DNA of 60,524 bases, filler included, from Gonapodya sp. JEL0774 (GCA_027604505.1; 13 parts of 13 records of this genome joined end to end with filler, not necessarily neighbours in it); one strand, 5' to 3'; numbered from the whole stretch's first letter, positions 12,277 through 27,131 are shown. Made by a program: numbers and translations. Notes: generated from the letters alone by a model not told the origin.

Positions 12277-14204
12277 ACTGACCCATTCCATCGAATTGAA
12301 TCGATCGGCTCTTGGGGGACTCCCATCTTTCAACGCTGAAGCATCTCTTGCTTCTCACCTCAGGTGCACCAGGGGGAAACGCTCAGCGGGAAACAAGTTA
12401 CCACCCGACGGGAAATTGAGAGGAAATAATTAACCCCCGTTGAGGGCCAACCCTCACATATTCAACTGTCCGGACCTATCCTCTCCCCAACCTGTATTCA
12501 AGCCACGCCATCGCGTTCGGCTTTCTTGTTCGTCCCACACGCATCTATTATCTCCAGCCCACATGTTCCTTCCTCGTCTTCCCATGGCCCATGGGACTTT
12601 CGTCTTCCGATTCCGCACTGCGTACCTTTTACACACCACCAATCCATTTCACCGGTCGACACAGTACTGCAGCGAATGAAAAAAGCGATTTTCTGGTCTC
12701 AAAAACGGGGACGTTGATCGGTGGCGGGATGGATGGGAAATTGTGAGTGCCGTGGATCAGTGGACAGGGGAGGTGCAGGACGATGAAACGCGAGAACGAG
12801 GAAAGATGAGCTCGTCGCTGTGGAATCACAGATGTCAAGTTAGCTATGTCGTTTTCGGTTTTTCGTTTCCCGATTTGCATGTGTGACCTTCGTGATCATC
12901 TGTCGTTCTAACCCGAACGAAGCCAACGACGCTGGAATGACGGGCGGGAGCCATGCCAATCCCATCACAATAGGCGTTGGTGTGAGGGCGATGGATTCGA
13001 TGACACTGATGGACGCGTGGAACTACAGGGTATGGCTCCGATCAGTGAGTGAGCAGTTGCAAACAGAAGTCTGTCTTCTTCCCTCGTTACATGACCCCGC
13101 ATATCATGCTCTACAGTTTACTTAGGTGTCTCTCTATTTTGCACGCTTTTGGTTTCCCCAAAGCCCGCCTTCCCTCATTCATCACCAACTTGAACGTGGC
13201 CTGTCCCAACGGTATCACGAAAACTCAGTCGCTCCGCTCGGTAAGTCCTCCAATTCGCACTCCATGGTTTGCTTACGTTTTTTTAAAATCCGTCTTCTGC
13301 CCCATTTCAGGAATCAGGCCCCTCAGCGCACTCACACCATTACGGTTTTCCACACTTTTCAACCACCGACCTGTCACCAAACCAACTCCGCTGCAGTGGC
13401 TCCGCCGAGCGTGAACGTAAGGTTCCATATCCCATTTGCTGCTTCCACCCATCTTACACGATACGTCTTCCCGTCCCCAACCCTCCCTTCCTTTTCCCTC
13501 CGTCGCATGCTTGCTCGACCAACTCACCCCTCGACCGAACCTCACCTCAGCACACTTGGTCTTGTGGTTAGTAGGACAAGGACGTGGTAAAAGTGGGACT
13601 CTACACGGTACGGTGGAAAGCGAAAGGTGAGTGTGGTGTCACTGAGCCGTCGCTCAAGCGAATGATGCCCTGACGCGACGATCGAATTCAAATAATGTCC
13701 GCCGAAAGGTGGATTTGCGTCAGTCGGAACGAAGCATGTGAGCTTTGCGCGGTCTTGTGAGAATGCAACGCGGGAAGGACATGACGGGAGGTCAGGTGAG
13801 TGTTGTCAGTGGCGCCGGATGCAGTGGTACCAGAATCGGGGTGGTTCTCGAGAGAAAGCTGCTCCAATAGATGAAGAACAGTTATTGTGTTTTATTCACT
13901 GGGTCTCACTTCCTCCAACATCCGATCNNNNNNNNNNNNNNNNNNNNNNNNNNNNNNNNNNNNNNNNNNNNTTAATTAATTAANNNNNNNNNNNNNNNNN
14001 NNNNNNNNNNNNNNNNNNNNNNNNNNNGGCAATTCGCAAACGTCCCCCTCCTTCCCTTCCCTTCCCTTCCCATCTCATCCCCATCTCATAACTTCCTTCC
14101 ATGGTACGTCTTCCCCTTCCCATTCCCCTCCCTCCCCTCCCCTTCTCACCCCCCTCCCATCTCACCCTTTCTCCGCCCTACCCACCACTCCCCCCCCCCC
14201 CAAC

Positions 14205-15390
14205 AAGGACGACTCAACCGACCCATCCGAAAAGACCGGAACATTTTCCAAAATCTTCCACGCCGTGAAAGCAGCCGTCATTTTCCAACGCAGGGATTTG
14301 GGGAAATACACACAGAGGAGGGAAAAGAGTCAGGCCGCGTGAGTACTGAGTGTGGGGACGCTTCCGAGCTGTGCTGTGGCGGAGTGCGAGATGGGGATGG
14401 GAGGGGATTGCCGGTATGAGGCGAACAGGAGATGGTGGGGATGGCCGTGGGATCGGAGTCCGTTCGAGCGGGGAACGCTCGGACGGGGTAGTCCTCCCCC
14501 AAACGGCCACCACCGCACCACACATGACTTTCCCCCTTCTTTGCCCCCCGTACAATGGCTGTCCACGGGTCTGCGTGCATTCATCCTCGGTCCCCCTCCC
14601 ATCGCGCTCACCCTCCCCCGCCCCCCCGGCCCCCTTGTAGCCAAGAATGGCGCCGCGAAGCCAACCTCCTAGCCCGCGCCGTTGATTCCTACTCCGCCGG
14701 CATGCCCGCCACCCTCCCCCCCGTTGGTGACGAATGCGCCGCCCCCGTCGAAGGAGGGTCCTCCAAATCGGGACTCAAGCGAAGCGGCACGCTGTTCGGT
14801 ATGGGAAACAAGAGGGGGAAGAAGGACCCCCAGGTCGTGGTCGTCAGGAGCTCCGAGGCGTATAATAGGTTGGAGTACGTGCCGACTGTGAGGTGGGTTG
14901 GGTCGCGGTGGTTGGGGGCTGGGGGTTGGGGCGTAGGTGGTGGTTGGAGTGGGGGTGGGCGAAGAGTTGGGCGGGACATGGCGTGAGGTGGGACGAGAGA
15001 TGTGGTCGAGATTCGGGCGGGACATTCCGTTTGGAATCACTGACATTTTTCCCCCTCTCGTTCCGGCCAATTACCACTGCACCACCTGATCGTTCGCTCA
15101 CCTCCCATCTCCAACCTCACTCTCACCACTCCCGCTTTCCCAAACCCCCGCATACCCCACTCCAGCGAAGAAGAGGTACGTCCCACTCACCCGTCCCACC
15201 TATTGTTTCCCCAGACCCCCACCTCACTCTCATATCTTCCCCATTCTCCACTTTTCCCTACCCTGCTCTCTCAACCCCCATACGCCTGCCCACACGCCAC
15301 CCCCACCCCACCCAGTACTTCCGCCCCAACGGCCAACGACGCAGGCCGTCGTCGTACCACGGGGCAGCGAGTCCGACGCCGGTGGCGTGA
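14205..15390 (+). CDS. 3' exons of a hypothetical protein
   Basis: Exon-like blocks bounded by GT/AG (KIFHAVKAAVIFQRRDLGKY..; QEWRREANLLARAVDSYS..RLEYVPT; ..YFRPNGQRRRPSSYHG*). No recognisable domain. Confidence 0.4.
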
Positions 15391-16312
15391 GGGGTAGAGG
15401 GGTATTGCCGCGCGCACACCTACCTAGGGCCACGCCGGCAGTTTGCAGTTGTGGTACCGTTGAATGGCACTCTCTTCCGTCCCGACTCCGCCTCCTCCTC
15501 CTCGTCCCACGTGTCAGTGATCCCTTCCTCACTTCCTCCCTCTTGCTTACCGTTTTATTGCCGTTGTGAATTTTCATTATTTTTTTTGTCGTTTGGTGGC
15601 GTTGCTTGTCCGTGCGGAACTTTCCGAGGCCCCCTTTCTCTTTGTTTGATCTGGACGTGTGACGTGTCTGTACAAGACTCTACGGACTTGCCGTGTAGGC
15701 TGGACGTCGTGGACTTTCCTGGGCAGTAGGCAGACACGACAGACGGACACGACCAGGTGGCAGGTTCGTGGGCGCGGCGCACCATGATGGGCGAGGGGTT
15801 TGGGGGTAGGGGAGCGACGTGGAACTCATTAGACATCCATGTGCTATTGTGGTAGATCCGCTTGTTGCTTCGCGTTTCATTGTGAAGAGTTGATGTAGAA
15901 AATCCAAGGTTTTGGTTATAACTCGCAGCGTGCACCCGTGCTAGTACGGGTGTACCGGTGCGGTTGGGGTTCCAGTCGCTTTATTTCCTCCTTAGTGATT
16001 TCCCCATGGTCCGTATTCCGTGCATCACGTCAATTGAGTGCTATACCATTCTCAGTTCTCCCGCAAATTTGGGTGCACTGTGGACTCGGCTGCTGCTGGC
16101 AGACCTGCGCCGGCCGCCGCTCACCGTGCAAAGCCGCCTGGAGCTACTTTTGTACAAAAGCCATGCCACTACTGTATGTATTCGGCAGTTGTTCGTTATC
16201 AATATTGAGCTTGGCACCAGGAAACAAGGTGTTTGTCCATTTCGCTCGTGCTGCACGGCCCATGCGCGGACATGAGGCCCCAGATAAACATCATTCGCTC
16301 ACTTGAAAACAA

Positions 16313-17554
16313 TCATATGGGAACTCGCCGACTGGGAACGTACAGGGTTCTGGACCTCGGGGACCAGAAGACGCTTTGATGGCCCAAAGGCTTACATCCA
16401 CATAGTGTCGTGCCGTTCCATTCCTTCTCAATTTCTTCCATTTCTTTGAGACTCAAGTGCGCCCAATCAAAAAACACCGTCAGCTTTTGCGTGCGATGTT
16501 GGATTACAGAGTCCAGTGACATCTTTCCCATTCTATCGGGGAGGACAGGTGTTTCATCAAGGCTCAGTGCTCCAAGATGGGGAAGGCCTTCAACCAGATG
16601 TTGAATAAGGGCTGAAGAGCATTTCTTAAAATTGCGGACCCTCAGGGTTTCCAGATTCTGGCAAGTATGTATGATATCTTGAACCACTTTGGCCCGAAGT
16701 GGATCATCGTCTTTAGAGGCATGAAGACGGAAGGCCTTAAGTTGCCCACCAACAGTAGACAAGACCGCTGCCACTCCACCCCACTTATCTTCATCGTATT
16801 CGATTCCAAGTGCTGTGAGATTTCGAAGTTGTTTCAGGTGATCCAAAGAACCAAGGTAATGGCCGTGGATTGTAACGTCTTGGAGTAACTCATAACGTCC
16901 AATCTGTTCCTGATTCAGGACGTTCATAGGGCTAAACTCCAATATTCTTAATGATTGTGTAAGCTCAGCAGGGAGTGTGAACTTGTGGGAGTCATTAATA
17001 TCGTAAAGTACGAGTTCCTCGAGTGCGGTGCATCCAGGCAGTAAACGGTCCAACCACACACTTGCGACATTTGTCAAGCCATATATGGTCAGTCGTTTCA
17101 GATTTCCAGCCAACGGTATGAAAATTCGGGAAACTGCTGCGAACAGCTCGTTGTCATAGGATGCGCATAAGAGGGAGACCACATGGACGGAAATTTGTTG
17201 GAGCGCCAGAAGGCAGTCCGAATGCTTCGAGGGATCAGCTATATAGTTCCTGCTGAGATAGTGCATATCCACATCGCGTGTTCGAACTAACTGCCTCGTT
17301 CGCGTGTCGAAGGAATGGTAAGTCGCCAACCGCTTCCGACTCCTGTTGGAGGAACCGAACGTCCACTTCCTCCAAAGAGCACCGAACGCGATTGGCTCCC
17401 AGAGTTTGCTTCCTTTGCGTTTTTGTTGAGTTTTCATTGTGTCAGAATTCATGCAAACCACTTACCAAACACCGACACACGCCGCCATGTCTTCTGAGTC
17501 CAGGTAATATATAATCCGCTCAATAAGTTCTGTCGTGTACAGCGCGTGATGCAT
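16313..17554 (-). CDS. F-box/RNI-like LRR protein, 2 exons
   Basis: Exon 1 MHHALYTTELIERIIYYLDSEDMAACVGV (donor gtaag at 17465) joins to CKLWEPIAFGALW; then LRRs (CTALEELVL, LRNLTALGI, CQNLETLRV, LPHLGALSL). Confidence 0.8.
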
Positions 17555-20500
17555 GGCTGAGAGAACCTCTCGTAAGGACGGCTGGATTGAACTTTTGTCG
17601 ACCCGGGAAGATTGGAACAACAGGACACCTTTTCCTACCGCGAATCCGACAAGTCCTCGAGCGGATTAGGGAAATATGGCAGTTAGGACAAGCAGAACTG
17701 TTCGCGGACAAAAGATGTTGCCAATTTTGAACCAATCTCTGCCAGCTGCTTCTGCCACGACGGCAATCCGAAAACATCTCAACCGGACCTGCCAGCTCAA
17801 CCGGCATGGGTCTTTGCTCCAGACTCTCTAAGCTCAATATATGCATGAGCACGATTTACGTATATATCATCCTCTTGCTTCTTGTAGTCGATAGTGTTGC
17901 GTCGGATGCCGAACCTGCCGGTAACCTACGCGCACTGACTTCTGCAAGGAACATGAAGACTAGTGAACCAGCAGCGTAAGCGGAATCCGCTAGTTGACCG
18001 AGTTCGGTGGCGGACGGTGACAAAATGTAAGAAGGTGGAACGCAACGCTGCAGATATTGCAATCTCCGCGAATTCAAGTTCTCTACTATCGCGCGGTGCT
18101 TTCCTAATATGGTCATGGGACTCAAAATCGATTCAGCTCGAAGTACCAAATGTCATGGTACGCCTAGTTCCCCCTTCCCCGTTTACCCCCCCTTTCCTTC
18201 TGCTGACTCACCCCCACCCTCTCTTGCCAATTGATTCCATTTCCCCCGCCTCTAAGACGACTCCGCCAATCCCACGGGAGGAACCACCACCACATTGGCG
18301 AAAATTTTCATGCAGTGAGAACCGCAGTCATCTTTCAGTGGTGGGATCTGGGAAGTAAGTACACGCGGAGAGGGAGAAGAGCCAGGCCGGCGCGAGTTTG
18401 TGGGGAAGAGGGAGGCGAGGGAGGGAATTTGCGATGGGTCTGGAGGCGGGATCAAAAATGGTCAGACACATACCACAATGGACCAACCTCTCATGCCTGC
18501 GCAGTGGCTGACGATAGATGCCTACCCTCCGAATCATACACACCTGACCAAAGGACCACAGACGGACAGAACTTAACGAGCAACGAGGGCAGACCTTCAN
18601 NNNNNNNNNNNNNNNNNNNNNNNNNNNNNNNNNNNNNNNNNNNTTAATTAATTAANNNNNNNNNNNNNNNNNNNNNNNNNNNNNNNNNNNNNNNNNNNNT
18701 GAGGAACTCATACACGCACCCCCAATAACGAATACTTCACAAATAACTACTTTTTAAAATTACAGGTGCCGTACACACCCGTAAAATAGTATAGCAGCTA
18801 CAGAAGATAATTTACATGTTCCTGAACCTGTCTCTTGGTCCTCCTGTTCCAAAAGGTATGAGGGAACAGGACGTTTCTATGGCACACCACGGAGAGGTGC
18901 ACAGGGTGGTGTTGAGCAGGCGGTAGGTCTTGGGAGTCAAGTGTGTGGGTGGTGAAGAGACCTGGAGGATCTCTGAGCACGAACAAGGGGATGTTTCAGG
19001 ATACAAACAGTGATTAGGACCAAGAGTGCACCATCAAATTGCAGTGGTGTGGTCCTTGGTCCTTGGATGGCGGATTGCGGATGGTTGGATGGGACATGAT
19101 GGGTATTTGTCTCAGCTTTTTTGAGGACACAGTTGTGTTGATTTGAATTTATTTGAAATGCATTATTAATTATTAAAGACAGAGATACTAGGAGAGGATG
19201 AACCTGTCACTGCTGTGGGGGTTCCTTCCCCCACGAATAATCAGGATGTGTGATGTCCCGTACTGGACCGGACTGGTAGATGTAGGGTGGAGATCTGATG
19301 TATGTCTAGATCGTACAGTATATATATGACTACCTGCATATATCCCTCAACTGTGGTCACCCCAGGTGCCAGTGCACCACGGATATATGTACATACCTGT
19401 TCAACCAAGAATTTCCCAGCAGAATGTTAGACTCCACCTGAACCTGCATCTCCTTTCTGAGAGTGTCAACGTGATAATGAGATCAATCCTCAGAGATGTA
19501 CATGGACTTTTAGGCTTGTACGGTGAGGTAGTTCTCATCATGGTTCTCAAGATACATTGATTGGCGAAAACACCATTCACCACTGGTCACCAGAGCCAAT
19601 ACTTGAACCCCACATTTGTTTTCGTTCTTTCCCTCAGTTATTTATTGTAGAAGTTTGGTTTCCTGAAACCCTTTTGAGCACGTTCATGCACACAGCAGCA
19701 AACGCTCCTGATGGAGAACCAGAATGAGAAAGGAGTTCGATTGTTATGCAAATAATCAACTGTATATGCATCCACTTTTGTGGCACAAAGCAAGCGAAAC
19801 CTTGAATTGGCACTTGCCAGATCGCTGCCGGGAATGGCTCATTAGTGAGCATCTCGGATGTCGATATATATGAGTCATGAGGAAACCAGCTGATTTTTGA
19901 ACAACTAGCTTATTTCACTGGTGAGTGGTGAATTCGACCAAGAAGGGGAATCCAATCCAATCAATTCCACACTGTGCGTGGAGATGTCAGAAAAAGTCTT
20001 GTCAGTCTTCGGAAACCCAATGTTGAAAAGGGAATTTGATGACCAGAGCGCTGACGGAATCTTTGAACCAAGAGATCACACCAGATTGGCACGGGGACGG
20101 TGGGGATGGGTGGGCAAGTGTGGATGGGGCGAGTTACACGGGGGAGGTGGTGGAGAGTGGTACTACGAGCGAGGGTGGGGAGGAGAAAACGAGGTGGGTT
20201 TGCGCGGGGTGTGCTCTGGTTCCTACTACTTGCTGACACACAGGCGACCCCTCCTTGGTCCTGGTGGTCCCTCGCACCTCTTTGGAACTCGATTCACTCC
20301 AACACACCGCAACAGTTACAACAGAAAGAGGACTGTCAGATTCATATGGACTTGCGTGGTATTTTTGATCGTGGTGGTGGTGGTGGTGTCGGTGGTGGTG
20401 AGCAGGCGGTAGTCAGGGGAGGGTGGTGGTGTAGAGACATGTGGGGGATGAGCCGATGATGAGGATCTGTAAACAATGGGGGAATGGGTTTGAGAAATGA

Positions 20501-21353
20501 TTTAATTGTGTATGTAGATCAACCCGGAGACGAAGTTGACTTGGTGTGGGATGAGGGACAATGGTATTTAGCCGGGAAATAGATTCGCCGGTGTAAGCGA
20601 CCGCAGCCGGGTCTGTGGTCACAGGAATAACCCCTGATCGATCACAAACTCCGCAATTCCTTTTTCTGGATTCACTGGTAATAAAATGAGTACGCAATGG
20701 TAACTGTAGATAGATTTATAAATATATTCGGCAACTTCTTTCGTTCCTTTTGAGTCCTTGCAAAGATCATCTGACGGGTGTTCCACAGGTCAGAGGACCT
20801 CCGTGTGGCCTTTGCCGTGTTTCCACATACATGCAGAGGTCCCACGACTGTAGCGCTCCCTTTGTGGGGCTTCCGTGCGTGGGGAGGCGCGCGGACGAAA
20901 GGAGAGAACCCTCACTGCCCTTGCATGTATCCGAAGCACACACGACAAGTCGTCTCTACTCCCCGCCAGGCGTCACCAGGGGTCACTTAGATGCAGCGCG
21001 CAATCAAAGGAATGCAGGTGGTGATAGAAAGGATACGGAGATGCGAAAATACTCTGGGACCACACAACACATTAAACGACAGATGATCTTTGCGAGCACA
21101 ATAAGATGGTAATAACTGTCCTAATGCACTCTCGACATCATTTAGGTGTACAATTGCGTGCTCATCTTACTACCAGTTCTTCTAATAGAAAAGGGGGTTT
21201 CGGATTGCGATCGAGTTTGGGAACCACGGGCTAAATAGTTTTAGTTTCAGGGTGACACGATCTACACAAAATATATGTGCGAAATTGCAGGGTGGGAAAT
21301 TGACCAGCAGGGGCAAGTCGGGAAGTTTCAACACCCCATTCTGTTCCTATTTC

Positions 21354-23267
21354 ATGCTAGGTGAAGCTCCGACGGGACGATCCGCGGTGAGAAAGATCGC
21401 TCACCGCGACAAATGAGAATTCATCGTTGATGTTCCTCAATAAAATTTTCAGGAAACTCATGCGAACGTTCCAAAGAGGCCTGCCGACACCGACGATGGC
21501 GACAAAAGGAATCCATCAGTAGAAGAGCACAATCATACTCTGGTCGTGGATTCTGGTGCTGGCTCGTTGCGAAGGGTGGCACAATCCCCGGAAAAGGGAA
21601 CTGCCGAGTGGGAAATAGGGGAACACGATGTCGTTCTTGAGAAGAAGCTTGCTCAAGGAGGGTATGGCGAGGTATGTGAGGCTTCAGGCCAGTGTTTCCA
21701 GGTCTCAGCGAAAGAATCGTCCTTCAAATGCATCGCAGGTCTTCATTGGGTCGTGGCAAAGCGTGCCTGTTGCCGTGAAGAAGCTTCTATCTCATGCCCT
21801 TACCGCGGATCTCAAAAAGGTGCAGTAAGCACGTGTGAATTGATTGTCGTGCCGTGGTCGTGGACCGAATTGTCGCCCGCAGGAGTTCATGGACGAGGTT
21901 TCGATTTGGCATAAACTACGACACCCCAACATTATTCTTCTTCTGGGAGCGTGTGTAGAATCTCCGAGCCCGTTCATGGTCAGCCAGTTTATGGAAAATG
22001 GTCAGCCTGGTTTGATTTGTACCCTGTTCCCGTCGTTCACATCCCCCTTTCCCCCTTGTTCACGCCCTCAGGTGATGTCACCAAATACCTCCAGCGCCAC
22101 GCAAACAACGGTCCCGTGAGAAAAGTTGAACTGGTTTGTTGAAATGCATTCGTCTGAAGGCCCTCTGTGTCTGAAAAGTTAGTAACATGGTCGTCTGGGT
22201 TATGCCGTCTCATCACCGTCATCTTCTGTCACATCAAATTCCCTCTATGGTCTACCGGCAATACATTTTCTCCTCCCTGTTCTCTCGGGCCTTGTACAAG
22301 ATGGGAGATATCGCCAAGGGAATGTCTTATCTGCACAGCAAGAACATTATTCACTCCGATCTGAAAAGCCTGAACGTCTTGGTCGACTCAATGGGCCACG
22401 GCCTCATCACGGACTTTGGGTTTGCCCACGTGCGGTCAGCGTCACCACTTATCGACCTTCCAGGAACTGCCATTTACATGCCACCAGAGAGATTTATATA
22501 TGGAGTCTCCGACAAAGCTGGTGACATTTACGCTTTTGGAATCACTTGCTACCAGGTGAGGACGCAGCGTTCTCTCCCCCGTTGTGAAATTCAATACGTC
22601 CCTACTAAGAACGTAACGTGATGGTGAAACAAGATTTGGACCAACAGCAAACCATTTGCTGGTGGCCCACACGGCGATGAGCTCTACAAGAAAATCGCCT
22701 ATGAAGGATACCGGCCAGACCGAGCGAAACCGATGCTCGATGCGCCTCCCGAGTTACTCAAGATTGTACGGGAATGCTGGGATGAAGACCCGAAGAAACG
22801 ACCACCATTTTCGGGACTAATTGTGAAGTTGAGCGATCTCTAGTGAGTTGCGTATTGTGTCCGTATCCGACGAAGTCTCTCACACGGATTGTTGGGGTCT
22901 CTGTCAGTTATGAATTGAGGCAAAAGATGCCGCCTGCCCCAAAAGTGGCTACGTTATCAGTTTCTAGCCTCCAGCCTCTGCCAGGAGGATCTCGAGATCT
23001 TGGAGGGGCTTCATCACTCATTCCATCTAGACCGATTGCGCTTCCAAGCCCCATGCCGTCCACCAAATCACCCACCACATCCGAGACCTTCTCCACGTCA
23101 CAACATTTATCCTCGAGTGTGACAGTCGCTGGGCTCGGAGCAACTTTGTGGGGTCTTTTCGCAGTCCCATTGGGAGCTTCTTCCCCGCCTTCGCGGGTAC
23201 CACTGAGGACTGTGGCGATCGCTGTCAGCATTGTTGATTGCATTGCCTGTGTCACAATCTCGCAGAC
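21354..23267 (+). CDS. Tyrosine-kinase-like (TKL) Ser/Thr protein kinase, multi-exon, 3' partial
   Basis: WEI..LAQGGYGEV..VAVKKL..EVSIWHKLRHPNI..IIHSDLKSLNVLV..TDFGFA..GTAIYMPPE..DIYAFG..CWDEDPKKRPPF. Confidence 0.92.
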
Positions 23268-25606
23268 NNNNNNNNNNNNNNNNNNNNNNNNNNNNNNNNN
23301 NNNNNNNNNNNTTAATTAATTAANNNNNNNNNNNNNNNNNNNNNNNNNNNNNNNNNNNNNNNNNNNNATGTCAACTAAACGCCGTGATCACATCCCCATT
23401 CACACGGAGATTGGAGATCACATACTGGAAACTAATGGAACCTGACTGCTCCAGAAAATTTGTGTGGTATCACCAGGTTTATTTACAGCATCATTGCACA
23501 TTTTGCAGTGAACGGGAGGTAAGTTCTGCCTTCGAGCTCATGAAGACTCTCAATGGGGCAATCAGGAAACATTATCTCAGCTGTCCCTTCGTAGAAACCT
23601 TGTCACAGGCCTCAACATATGGTCCACGCTCGTCCCTTCCCCACTTTCCGTTCTCTCCGTCATTTACACAACCTACCATCATCCTGCCGGTGACTGGCTA
23701 CGGTTCAATGGCTGTTGCAGTCTTGATCGGCGGTAGGATAAAATGGCTATCACTATTTGGCCATGAAGGAGGACATTCGTAGGTGATGTATTGTTGACTG
23801 ACCGGACAGAGACTTTAAAATTTCCTCCGTACATGCGATTTGCTCTCCAGCTCCAGCAAACATGCACTTATGTCACTCGGAAAGATTTTGAGTTGGACCT
23901 GCTTAAACTCGCAATTAGACATAATAAAATAACGACGGTGTGGGACGGATGTGGGTGCGGCCGCCGGATGCTGCTTGCTTCCGGCAATGTGCGGCTGCAA
24001 TAACGAACCTGAACCAGGGAAGACAATAGTATTTTGCGATTTGCTACAAAAGAAATCTTTGCGCCAGCAAGCCAGTTATCTCCACGATGGCAGAGCAAAT
24101 GACCCGAGTCCGCCGTAAGACAATTGAGCCATCTGCGATCTGTTGCCCCGAACCCATCCAATGTCCCTGATGCCTGTCGCGGATGGAAGCGATGAAGGTG
24201 TTATCCAATGAAGAGACAAGTGCGGCAAAACATAGAGAGCAGTGGACGATTGATTGGTTTGAACGGAAAAATTTGACAAGTACAGTGGAAAAGAAAGAGT
24301 CGTTGCTGCTCTTCTCAAGCTAGTTCAACGGAGAAAGTTGAGCGGATGCTAGAATGGAATAAGATGGTGTACCGAACATGGCTTCGATTCCCCGGCGATA
24401 TGGCACTATCAGGATCATCCACTTGCTGGTGAAGACTATCCCATTTCTTGACTCGATAATTGTTTACGAGCCTCTGACATGCATTTCAAGTCTAGTTTTT
24501 ACTACAAAGAACCCCTATGTTCCCGTGTGAAAGCTGACTAGTGTGTTGCTGGAAGCCTCAATTCGCCACTGAGAAGGCTGACGTATGCCTTGGCAAAGCA
24601 CACCCCGGCGGGCATCTCTGTCTAATGAAAGCCATCTTTCTGCACTCTGTTTCTTCTGGAATAGATCTTGTACCAAATTGGAGCATAGTGGAGCGGCGAC
24701 CAGTGTAAACTTGTTGCAAAATGTAGGGATCTACGGAACATCTCTTCTTTAGATTTTCCCGATTGTTTCTTGCTGCGAGAGTGTTCGTCTGAATGATGGT
24801 TCATCCGCACTGGAGGCTTGTGTGAGACTAGTCAGGACTTGGGGTTCATTCGGACCGGTGTGGGTCTCACGATTGGATAACAATATCTGGAGAGGACCAC
24901 CCCGGACTCGGTGAGTTGATCGTTCAAACGTGCGGGGGATCATTCTATTTGACTGATTAATAGCTATTCGTGGGGCTTACGTTGTTGCTAAGCTGATTGA
25001 AAGACCCGTGTCGCTGGCTAGGGAGACATGGGATACATTTTGGAATGTGTGTGCCGCAGGCTTCAAAAGGGCCTCAAATGAAAACTTCCAGTCCGCGTTT
25101 CTTAACGAAGGAACAATCAATCCTCAAAATTGACGCGGCGTTCGGTTCCTGCCACACACATCAGTCAGACTGGCCCCACTGAAATTTGATTCGGCCCAAT
25201 GTGTCGGGAACAAAATATTCTAGGCAAACGCGGTGAAACGTGTCGATGCAACATTTGTGCCTCACTCGCCCTGCTGGATCTTCTTTTCCAACTATGAAGG
25301 TTACCGGACGGAGTTCCATTGACCATTCCATTTCCAATCAAAACGCCGACGGCTCTGGACACCAATTTGCAAACGTTGAAGCAAGCCATCTCACTTCACT
25401 CTCAAACTTTCATCGCACTTTCTGTCGAATTTCAGCGTCCAGTCGCGTGACCTTCTTTTGGTGAATCTAATCTGCATATTCAGGACTCCACATCGCGACC
25501 TGCATCACCCGTTGCGATTTCTCCGCCGCCGTTATTGTTTCTTCCCACTGTCACCAGTACTTTTTGTCGCTATCCTGACCCGGGTAGTGCTTGTAGATTC
25601 GTTTCC

Positions 25607-27131
25607 ATGACCAATCCCGCCGACCAATCTAGAATGGCAGATCGAAATGATGCACCAATTGACTCAAGCGGGAAAAGGAAGTTTGAGGATGATGAGCCTG
25701 GTACGTTTAGCAAATAATTTGAACTTGAAATTCAGTTTATATTGCCCGCTGAACATCTTTACTTCGGATCAGGCTCACATATTTCAGCTTCTCGGCAAGT
25801 GCTCCACACGCAGAAGCGTACGTTGGCTGCCTGTGGCCCCGACTCCAACAAATCCGACGAAGATATTCCTCCAACGCCACCTCGAAGTAACCGTACAAAA
25901 CCTAAGAACGCTCGGGTTTCATTCGCCGACCAATCGAATAACTTCGGCCAGCGCAAACGGGAAACGTCTTCTCTTATACAGTTCCAGGTGCGTGCACTCC
26001 GATCAATCATCACTCTTCCGTGGATGTTCTGGAGTCTCAAAGATGTTTGCGATCGGTACTCCTTACCTTCGCCCGTGTTTTTGGTTGTCGCTAATGTGAA
26101 TCATGCCAAAAGCAAGCCGGAGATGGAAGAGTTGAGAGGTGAGACGTCCCATTTGCCTACAGAAATTGTTCTCACTACCACTATTCTGTCTATATGAAGT
26201 TCGCTTCCACTTCACCAGCCCCTCCAAATACCTGCGAACCCTCCGGCCTCCACTTCGCACCAGTCAACTACAAAGAACACTACCTTCGTCTCCATCAACG
26301 ACAATTGTCCAAGTCTCGTCGGGGGCGTGTCTCTGTCCCAGGAGTACGCTGATTCTGAGGTACGGTGTTCGTGGACAAAATTTCAACACTGAAACTCTTG
26401 GTTGGGCTGATATTACTTAAAACACCAATCACCTTGCGACGTATGACTCTGGGTTTTTGTGGAACGTAGAAGGAGGCAGAGAAACGGCGGAAGAATGTGG
26501 AGGAACTGGATGAGCAGCAGTGGCATGTGATGGCGCAGAGAACTGAGCGGAGCGGCCAATCGACTGCTGTTGGATCATTAAAGAGCGCAGTGATAAGAGC
26601 AACGGAGAGGAACGGTGGTGAGTCAGTACCTTTTTTGGTCAAATGAGTCCGCACTTCAGGATAGCGGGAACGTGTTACCGCCTGTCAACAAGACCAGATG
26701 ATTGGTCCCTGCAAAGCGGAAGTCGTGTGTCTGTGCATTCCCAACCATTTTAACCAGATCCACATATCTTATCTATTTTGCATGTATACATGTGCTTCTA
26801 GTTATCTCTGGAGCAGCTGCAAGAGAAAAAGAGGTGAGGAGTCGAGATTGCGTGATTAACATGCTTCATTCTAAACTGACAGCTCCACTTGCAGGTTGAG
26901 ATACTTCAACAAGAAGTCGCTAGACTTAACAATGAGAACGAGAAGCTACGCCAAAAAAATGAAATCTTGCTTGCAAAGGTCGGAGAAGAAGTTGCGGGCA
27001 CTCGACAAGAGTTGGAGGCGAAAGTGAGCTATCTGTTGAATACTGCAATCATGGAACGACCGTCGAACTTTTCTTGCGTCCCTTGTAGCTTGAGCACTTG
27101 GTCCGTCTCAGAGTTCTCCAAGAGACCTTGA
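25607..27131 (+). CDS. Hypothetical multi-exon protein with C-terminal coiled coil
   Basis: Exon-like ORFs with splice sites; heptad-rich QQEVARLNNENEKLRQKNEILLAK segment. Confidence 0.45.

Noticed and set aside
10960..12358. Long overlapping ORFs on other frames and strands
   Set aside because: Shadow ORFs of the GC-rich F-box gene.
18700..20700. Possible degenerate transposon or gene fragments
   Set aside because: No recognisable motif or sustained reading frame.
23368..25000. Fragmented ORFs resembling a pseudogene
   Set aside because: No family could be assigned in any frame I read.
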